From Clostridiales bacterium (lineage in GTDB: Bacteria > Bacillota > Clostridia > Christensenellales > UBA3700): a stretch of DNA of 64,000 nucleotides. Below, piece after piece: positions 57,316-64,000 of the stretch (positions are counted from its first letter, which is position 1; the number at the start of each line of letters is the position of its first letter). A model generated the notes under the pieces. It saw only the letters and a program-made list of their open reading frames with translations, was not told the DNA's origin and did no database searches. Both the position numbers and the translations under genes were made by a program. Where the stretch lies: NCBI GenBank assembly GCA_014799575.1, contig JAAVHS010000015.1:143570-207569 (forward strand), read 5' to 3'.

Positions 57316-58617
57316 TTAACTAAAAACTCTATTAACAACACTCCTGCCCTGTTGTCTTATATCGTCTGTCACATGCTCATAAACTTCAAACGTAGTGCTC
57401 AATTTTGAGTGTCCTAATCTGCATTGGATATACTTCTGCGTAGCGCCACTTTCTGCAAGAATACTTGCATGCGTATGTCTCAATGAATGATAATCAAATT
57501 CTTCGCAAATATCTTTCTTTATTATCTTTGTCGCATGTTGCATAGTTCTTGGACTAATAAAAGTACCGTCCTCTCTTATACAAACAAAATGAATAAGATA
57601 ATCTGTTTCTTGAGTTCGAATTCTATTTTGAATATCATTGTACATATTAAATTTATTATCAAATACTAAAGGTCTATCAGAATAATAGTTGTGATAATAT
57701 ATCCCATAATACGCTTTTGCTATCTCTTGTCTTTTCTTTTCTACCGACAGTATTTTAGCTAATCCATCACTAATCTCTATGGCGCGATAAGAATTATATT
57801 TTGGCGCTGAAAAATACCAATAACCATTGCCACATTCTGATGAGCCGTTGTTAGCAATTTTGTCATATATTGTTCTTTCTTTATCTTGATACCATTGAAC
57901 TTGTCTGTTTATATAAATAACCTTGTTGACTAAATCTATATCTTCCCAACACAGTCCAAAAGTTTCCCCCAAACGTAAACCGCACTCATAGCCAAGTTTT
58001 AAAGGAATATAGCTCGAGCTTCTTTCTGTAAAGCGTTCAAATATTTTTTGCATTACTTCACCTTTAATAAAATGATGCGGAGCCGAACGTGTTGGCACTT
58101 GGGGCACTCTATTCTTAGGTATTTTCAATCTAACTGCCGGAGTGCAAACTATGTAGTGATTGTCCATTGCATAATTCATACTTTTAGTAAGCATTCCTTT
58201 AAATGAAACTAGCGAATTTCTAGAATAACCGAAGTCATACATCTCGACTAAAAAGGCTTGCAGTACTTCTCTCGTTAAAGATCTTAGCCTATACGAACCC
58301 AATTTAGGCTTGAATACGTTGTCTATAACTTTCTTATAGTGCGTCAACGTCGTTTCTTTCAAGTCAACCATACAATCTTTTTCGAACCAAATATCAAAAA
58401 AATCCGCTACTGAAATCTGATCCTTTGCAATATGTCCATAGTTCTCGTACTGTCTCATCGCTTCCCTTCCTGCTTTTCGCGCTTCAGTAACAGTTTTAAA
58501 TCCGCTCTTTGATTTCCATTTTCTTTTGCCATCAATACTCGCAATCTCAAAGCGGTATTCATACACTGCGCCATTTGTTGAAAAACGTTTTCTGATACAT
58601 AAATTAATCATATACAA
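57316..58617 (-). CDS. Tyrosine recombinase / integrase
   Basis: 433 aa. N-terminal arm-binding-like segment, then HSLRHTHAS (HxxR) and LGHSKLSTTFEVYEHV (catalytic Tyr). Confidence 0.85.
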   Translation of the reverse strand: MYMINLCIRKRFSTNGAVYEYRFEIASIDGKRKWKSKSGFKTVTEARKAGREAMRQYENYGHIAKDQISVADFFDIWFEKDCMVDLKETTLTHYKKVIDNVFKPKLGSYRLRSLTREVLQAFLVEMYDFGYSRNSLVSFKGMLTKSMNYAMDNHYIVCTPAVRLKIPKNRVPQVPTRSAPHHFIKGEVMQKIFERFTERSSSYIPLKLGYECGLRLGETFGLCWEDIDLVNKVIYINRQVQWYQDKERTIYDKIANNGSSECGNGYWYFSAPKYNSYRAIEISDGLAKILSVEKKRQEIAKAYYGIYYHNYYSDRPLVFDNKFNMYNDIQNRIRTQETDYLIHFVCIREDGTFISPRTMQHATKIIKKDICEEFDYHSLRHTHASILAESGATQKYIQCRLGHSKLSTTFEVYEHVTDDIRQQGRSVVNRVFS

Positions 58618-58699
58618 ATCTCCTTATAAAAAATTAACGGCAGTAAAACTGCCGTTAATAGTATATCTTATAAGTCAATATGTTTTTTATTATTAAAAA

Positions 58700-59602
58700 T
58701 TACATTTCCAAATCTTTCTTTTTTCTACCACTAACTTTATCATTTGATTCAGTGTTTGTTGCTCCGCTTCCAGAATATATCGAAAGCCATATTTTCATAC
58801 TCTCAAGTTCGCTTTCAGCAAGCAACTTTGCCATACCTTCCGTCTTGCTCTCAGGGCGTGTGCTATACTTTTCTTTATCCCTATAAGAACTTATTGCAGC
58901 ATAATACCTATCGCGTTCTTCATAACGCACGTCGACAGGCAAAAGTCCCAACAAAATCATCTCATAGATTAAAAGCAATCTTCCCGTTCTTCCATTGCCG
59001 TCAACAAATGGATGTATGTTTTCAAACTCAATATGATGTTTCGCAAGATTGTGGAACAACTCAACCCAGTTAAACTGTCCTTTCTCCGCAAGTTCGCAGT
59101 TGCGTTTACAATCGGCTTGCAGTTCTTCCACATACGCTTTCATCTTTTCCGGTACTTGCGACGGCGAACAAGGCGTATAAACTATTCTTGTTAGATTGCC
59201 TATATAATTCTGTATTGTTCTATATTGTCCTGCACCGTCATCACCACGCAAAACAAAACTGTGAACTTTCTTTATAAATTCTTCAGTAATCGGCTTCTTT
59301 TCCTTTACCGATTCATAGAGGAAATCAAAGGCCTGTTTATATCCAACTATGTCTTCGCTCTCACGTAAAGAGTGCGCGCCAGTAACAATTCCTTTTTCAA
59401 TAAGCAACTTGGTTTCGTCAAACGTAAAGGTATTACCCTCTATAGCATTAGAGTTATGGCTAGCGCTAATAGAAAACTCATTATTAAAATACATAAGTTC
59501 GCTTGAAGTAAGCGGACGGACTTCTTTCATACGCGCATAGCAATTCTCTATCTCGCTTATGATTTCTATGTATTTTTGTTGTTCTTCCATTTTTTTAGAC
59601 AT
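58700..59602 (-). CDS. Fic family protein with N-terminal inhibitory motif
   Basis: Start set at the second ATG (MSKKMEEQQ; AGGAG 8 nt upstream). Fic motif HPFVDGNGRTGR. Inhibitory helix motif SNAIEGN. Confidence 0.9.
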   Translation of the reverse strand: MSKKMEEQQKYIEIISEIENCYARMKEVRPLTSSELMYFNNEFSISASHNSNAIEGNTFTFDETKLLIEKGIVTGAHSLRESEDIVGYKQAFDFLYESVKEKKPITEEFIKKVHSFVLRGDDGAGQYRTIQNYIGNLTRIVYTPCSPSQVPEKMKAYVEELQADCKRNCELAEKGQFNWVELFHNLAKHHIEFENIHPFVDGNGRTGRLLLIYEMILLGLLPVDVRYEERDRYYAAISSYRDKEKYSTRPESKTEGMAKLLAESELESMKIWLSIYSGSGATNTESNDKVSGRKKKDLEM

Positions 59603-59690
59603 AGCCATTGCTCCTTTTTTACATTATAATCATATTTATATAAATAGTCAAGGTTAATTCAATCGCCTAACTGTACTTATTTTATTACAG
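59349..59690. repeat. Right copy of the fic 5'-end plus promoter module (partner at 1-345)
   Basis: See the left-copy entry. Homology runs from codon ~87 through the promoter to ~40 nt beyond the -35. Confidence 0.8.
59623..59651 (-). promoter_or_regulatory. SigA-type promoter of the right fic gene
   Basis: Minus strand TTGACT, 17 nt, TATAAT. Confidence 0.6.
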
Positions 59691-59820
59691 AAATTGAATA
59701 AACGTAGAGTAATTAACTTTCAACTTTTATCTTTGGTAAAGTCAATATACGCTAAATACATATTTCAGACTTAATAGCCTGAAAATATTCAGTTTTAAAT
59801 AGTATACATTGCTTCTTAAT

Positions 59821-60935
59821 TTACGATTCTAGTTCAATTGCCAAACCAGTTATATAAGAAAGAATATTATTGTACCCATCTTCAAGCACACTTAATCCAT
59901 CTGCTAACACTCTCAAATTAAGCCACAATAATATTAATTTAACTATTTCATTAGCATTAGTATCTATTGCATCATCAGCATAATCCCCATGCACAATACC
60001 ATTTCTGAAACAAATTCCTTCCGTCTTTACATTTGCAAATATTTTTTTATAATAATTATTAATTTTTTCCCAACTATGCTGTTCCCATTCAATACTTATT
60101 TTATCTAATAAATCTTTTATCTTTTTTGCTCTTTCATGACCTTTTCTATATTCTTTTTCTTGGTAAAATAGCCTTCAAACGCATCAGCGCATCTTTTATG
60201 CTCACTTTCCAACAATGCAAAAATATTTCTTGCAGCAGCTCGATAGCACCCTTCATTTAGAAGATTAATTGATATTATGATATCTTCTCCTTTTCTGCCC
60301 ATAATTGGACTTGGATTTGGCATATTTACATATCTATCGAGCATTACTCTTAAATTTAAACTATCGTTAAACAAGTATGTGTCAATCAAAAAACTTTCTG
60401 TTAACTCATCATCAAGTATATCTATATCAGGTGTTTCAAGAAAATACAATAAAACTCCATTATCTGCGTATTGGTCCATTCTTTCAATATATTCTTTTGT
60501 AAAAAATCTCTTTCTATCATTTTCTATCTGCTTATTTAATTTATATACCGCATTAAAATATTCGTAATTTGCCTTTCCTAACTCGTCTTGCAGTGCTTTA
60601 TCTTCTCTGAATTCTGGTATCTCTTTCATTCGTTCTGAAATATACACATATTCTTCTGATTTGTTAATGAACACATTTAACAACCATCTCATAGCTTCGA
60701 CAGAAGTTTCTTTTTGGCTAAACTTACTTTCAATATCAGGATATTTTTCTTTTAATTTTGAAAGCCCTAATATAATTAAATTTTTAGATTTCTCGTCCAA
60801 CTCATCACGTATTTCTTGCTTTTCATGTGCAATCTTGCTCAACCGTATCTGTTCCTTAATAGCTTTCTTTATTTCTTCGGTTAACATTTTTTGTTGTTTA
60901 ATTAAAAAATTAAAATATTTTTCTTCTGTCAACAT
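59821..60935 (-). pseudogene. HEPN-motif (Abi-like) gene interrupted by a frameshift at an A6 run
   Basis: The 272-aa ORF ends ..MKEQKR-stop at 60117. A 99-codon ORF with no start codon continues in the -1 frame to 59821 and contains ICFRNGIVHGDY (Rx4H). An A7 run instead of A6 (plus-strand T run 60122-60127) would fuse them into ~370 aa. Confidence 0.6.
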
Positions 60936-60991
60936 ATTTGCTCCATATTAATTTAATAACATTTTACTGAATAAAATTTTTTCTTGATATA

Positions 60992-63028
60992 TTACTCTTT
61001 GGGGGATAATAAATCTGATGGAATTGAAATTTCTATTGCATTGGGAAATCTATGTTTGAATTGTTCAACCTCGCTATTAGTGAGAACTCGAACACACGCA
61101 AGATTTTTCTTAGCACGAGAACATGCGACATATATTAACTTTTGAGAGTTTATTTTTTTCTCAACATTCTTTTCGCCTTCTTTATAAAGCAAAGAAAAGT
61201 CATATTGATTCCAAAAATATTCTTCCATTACAACAATAACAGAAGGTATACTGGTACCTTTAGTTTTGTGCATCGTAATATAATTTGTTTCCTCATCAAG
61301 ATACTTTGCATAATTTAATACCTCTGAAAACTTGAGATTCGACGAAAATAAATCTGTTATGAAGCGTTCTTTTTCCCACTGCGATAAATAAAAATCAAAT
61401 TCTTCTTTGGATGAAACAATATTACTATCCTTGATTCGGCTATATGTATTTAATCCACTTAAATAATTAGTTTTAAACTTTTGATATAAATCATCGTGTA
61501 TTAGTTGCTTCAAATAATTGTCATTCCGTGCAGATATGTTTCTATAAGTTTCAGTTCTTTTAATAATTTGTTGTTTAATAGCATTCTCCACTATGTCTAT
61601 AATAGATGAATTTGAATCATTTATTATACCATGTATTATATCATGTAATCTCTTCTTGTCAGCAATAGAATGTATAACATATCCACCTTTTTTTGCAAGT
61701 CTAATTACCTCATTATAATTCCCCTTTAAATATAAACGGCATAAGTCGCTTACATCCAGTGCTTGTATAGAACGCAAATAGCTTTCTATCCTGTCACTCA
61801 CATCAAGATATCTTTCATCAAAAACTTTATAAAGCTGTTTGAAGTCATTTTTCTCAGCGATTGCCTTATTTGTAAGAATTAATACTTTGGAATTACCCAC
61901 ATTTTTTTGCGCCTCGGCAATTAAATAATTAATAAGTTTTTGAAATTTTCCTTTTTCATCGGGGTCACTTTTTGATGTCGGTTTACTTTCTACTACAGAA
62001 TATAGAATCTTTACCACACCATGACGATCCGCTTCATTTTCATATCTTCCATCGCTTAGTTTTTTTAATGCAACATCTTGAGAAATACTGTCGATACGCA
62101 AAGAATTAATTAATTCGACGACTTCATATGAGCATCTATAATTGTCGACTTTAGCAATTTCATCAAGCATTCCAGTTTCTATATAGGCATCCAAACTTCC
62201 AATTCCATCATCATAAATAGCTTGCATACTATCTCCAAATAGCCCAATTGTCAAATTGTATTCTGAAGACAACTGCAACATATCGCTCATAATTTCTGCT
62301 CTAGTATCCTGATACTCATCGATAAAAATATAGTCATACTTATCTGAAATAATTTTACCCAATATGGGATACTCTTTTACCATGTAATGAAAAATAGCAA
62401 GAAGTCCATCGTGGCCATAACTCAAATCACCAAAACTATCAAATTTCGTCTCATTGTAAATTATTGAAGAATAATCTTTTTCATTAATGATGTCTAAGAT
62501 TTTATTATTGAGAGTTTTGATTTTTTCATTAAGAACTTGATTGTAATTTTCAGGAGATTTATCATAGTCTCTTTTATTAACAACTTTGTCGCAATTCTCT
62601 TTACAAATAGAGTATAGCTTACCAGAATACTTGCTATATATTTTTTTGTATTTTTCGTACTCATCTTTTTTATATTCCGTTTCAGAGATATCTTCAGTTT
62701 GCACACCATGTCTAATTGATGGGACTAAAAACAATCCTGGAATTACTGATTTTATATTTTTCTTATAATTTCCAATCAATCCATATAAAAACGAGTGAAT
62801 TGTACTGATGTAGTAGCCATCACCTACTCTATTCACAATTTCTTCAACTGCGGCATTTGTATGTGTAATACAAACAACTTTGGCCTGGGGTTGAGATTGC
62901 TTAATATATAAAAGCAGCTCTTTTAGTGATTCAGTTTTTCCACTTCCAGCACCACCTTGAAGAACAAAACTTCTATGCAAATCAATACACTTTTTACATT
63001 GGTCTAATGCACTTGTTTCTGTAACCAT
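60992..63028 (-). CDS. UvrD/PcrA-family SF1 helicase (GajB-like)
   Basis: Start set at MVTETS (AGGAGG 6 nt upstream), giving 678 aa. GGAGSGKT, FIDEYQDT, GDSMQAIY, ITMHKTKGTSIP, YVACSRAKKNL. Confidence 0.85.
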   Translation of the reverse strand: MVTETSALDQCKKCIDLHRSFVLQGGAGSGKTESLKELLLYIKQSQPQAKVVCITHTNAAVEEIVNRVGDGYYISTIHSFLYGLIGNYKKNIKSVIPGLFLVPSIRHGVQTEDISETEYKKDEYEKYKKIYSKYSGKLYSICKENCDKVVNKRDYDKSPENYNQVLNEKIKTLNNKILDIINEKDYSSIIYNETKFDSFGDLSYGHDGLLAIFHYMVKEYPILGKIISDKYDYIFIDEYQDTRAEIMSDMLQLSSEYNLTIGLFGDSMQAIYDDGIGSLDAYIETGMLDEIAKVDNYRCSYEVVELINSLRIDSISQDVALKKLSDGRYENEADRHGVVKILYSVVESKPTSKSDPDEKGKFQKLINYLIAEAQKNVGNSKVLILTNKAIAEKNDFKQLYKVFDERYLDVSDRIESYLRSIQALDVSDLCRLYLKGNYNEVIRLAKKGGYVIHSIADKKRLHDIIHGIINDSNSSIIDIVENAIKQQIIKRTETYRNISARNDNYLKQLIHDDLYQKFKTNYLSGLNTYSRIKDSNIVSSKEEFDFYLSQWEKERFITDLFSSNLKFSEVLNYAKYLDEETNYITMHKTKGTSIPSVIVVMEEYFWNQYDFSLLYKEGEKNVEKKINSQKLIYVACSRAKKNLACVRVLTNSEVEQFKHRFPNAIEISIPSDLLSPKE

Positions 63029-64000
63029 TCGAGTCCCTCCTTGATATATGCTGGAGTATTCCAATTTAGTCCATTTGCATGCGTGAGGAATAAAATAGTA
63101 GATGCAAAGTCAGACTTTTTACTAATAACTCGCGTTGTCAGTTTATACATGTCAGAACAAGTTTCAAATTCTTCTTTATTTTTCAATCCTTCTATTGATG
63201 AAAGATTTGATTTGATTTGCGATAAATTTACATTGATAAATGCATCTTCAAAACTTCTTGCGTAGTACGATTTTTCCTCCCCTTGATAAGCGATATGGAC
63301 ATTGGGGCTTATGCAATTAGCTTTATGCTTTAACACATCATTAAACCAACTGCTGTACGAATCATCCCCCACTTTACAATTTGGTTCTCCTAAGTAATAC
63401 ATTATTGTAGCATTGCTTGTTTTGCATACATTAGAATCATTTACCTCACATGATGAATACCAAACTCCCTTGTCTGTAGTTTCTTGCTTCACTGTATCAA
63501 TATCGGTAATTATTAGCGATGGTATTTTCAAAAACTCAAGAAAATGCCGAAACACTTTTGCATTAGCACCAGCACGAACAACCGTCACATTTTGAGCTGA
63601 TAGTGGAATATAAGTAGGTTTTAATGTAGGATCATTAGCAATTCTGGTCTCCTCTTCCTCAATCTTGACTGTATCAAATTGTGTAATGAAGTGTTGCAGT
63701 AAAATATCTTCTGATATACCTTCAATAAAAATTGCCTTATCTGCAAAAAACAGTTCTGACGATTCAATAGAAAGATACTGCTTTAAAAATTTAAACTCAT
63801 TCTGTTCACCAGAGTACATACTGCTTAAGTCTTTGTGAAAATTCTTAATCTCTATATTATAAAACCCCTCTGAATCTCTTATAGTGGACATATATCTAAT
63901 GTTCTCAAAAGGATGACTGGCTACAATATGGGAAGAGTGAGTTGTGATAATCGTCTGCATACCTGGAATACCACTAACGATTTCACTAATTTTTCTGGCA
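63004..64000 (-). CDS. OLD-family ATPase/Toprim nuclease (GajA-like), C-terminal part; gene continues beyond the window
   Basis: The frame stays open to the window edge. IITTHSSHI (ABC H-loop region), FIEGISEDILL (Toprim Glu), LIITDIDT (DxD). Confidence 0.75.
   Translation of the reverse strand, partial: ARKISEIVSGIPGMQTIITTHSSHIVASHPFENIRYMSTIRDSEGFYNIEIKNFHKDLSSMYSGEQNEFKFLKQYLSIESSELFFADKAIFIEGISEDILLQHFITQFDTVKIEEEETRIANDPTLKPTYIPLSAQNVTVVRAGANAKVFRHFLEFLKIPSLIITDIDTVKQETTDKGVWYSSCEVNDSNVCKTSNATIMYYLGEPNCKVGDDSYSSWFNDVLKHKANCISPNVHIAYQGEEKSYYARSFEDAFINVNLSQIKSNLSSIEGLKNKEEFETCSDMYKLTTRVISKKSDFASTILFLTHANGLNWNTPAYIKEGLEWLQKQVH

Larger units (their letters stand above)
57130..64000. mobile_element. 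Second integrative island: integrase, Fic, HEPN-motif gene, Gabija-like pair. Continues beyond the window.
   Basis: The integrase 3' end faces the gene-fragment/terminator junction. Cargo consists of defence- or toxin-type genes. Confidence 0.5.

Noticed and set aside
59349-59690. The fic repeats as attL/attR produced by integration of the 59-kb element into a fic gene
   Set aside because: The copies are only ~75-80% identical over 340 bp, homology includes the promoter, and a separate gene-3'-end junction exists at ~57.1 kb. Tandem related elements fit better, though this is not excluded.
60117-60130. Programmed -1 ribosomal frameshift on AAAAAAG in the HEPN gene
   Set aside because: The heptamer is out of phase for X XXY YYZ slippage (zero frame CAA AAA AGA). 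I saw no downstream stimulatory structure. Mutational or phase-variable indel, or a sequencing error, is more likely.

Overview
AT-rich, Firmicutes-type mobile DNA. About 50 genes, all but one on the minus strand. No rRNA, tRNA or CRISPR array seen. All family assignments come from by-eye motif recognition; no searches or alignments were run, and identities are estimates.

**Conjugative element body (~256 to ~57,100).**
- A leading, anti-restriction-like block: a 1935-aa ArdC-N/N6-methyltransferase/SNF2-helicase protein, orphan C5 and MT-A70 methyltransferases, an ArdC-like protein, a PrimPol-type primase, and many small unknown genes.
- A Gram-positive-type T4SS: VirB4, a VirB6-like protein, a pilin-like protein, a coupling protein and a relaxase.
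- Several giant surface proteins, regulators, and a diversity-generating retroelement (DGR).

**The DGR is the most unusual part.**
- The reverse transcriptase (RT) carries a C-terminal Avd-like domain.
- Two tandem template-repeat (TR) modules follow the RT. One is a 117-nt Asn-codon-rich TR. The other is a 58-nt derivative with internal deletions.
- The variable repeat (VR) in the target is identical to the deleted TR. This splits what looks like a single ~2,290-aa MBG-repeat surface protein into 362-aa and 1836-aa ORFs.

**Second island (~57,100 to the window end).** It holds a 3' remnant of a plus-strand gene with its terminator, a tyrosine integrase, a Fic protein, a HEPN-motif gene frameshifted at an A6 run, and a Gabija-like pair (UvrD-like helicase plus OLD-family ATPase/Toprim).

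**Repeated fic module.** A ~340-bp fic 5' module, including its promoter, occurs at the window start and again at 59.35-59.69 kb. This fits two related elements integrated in tandem.
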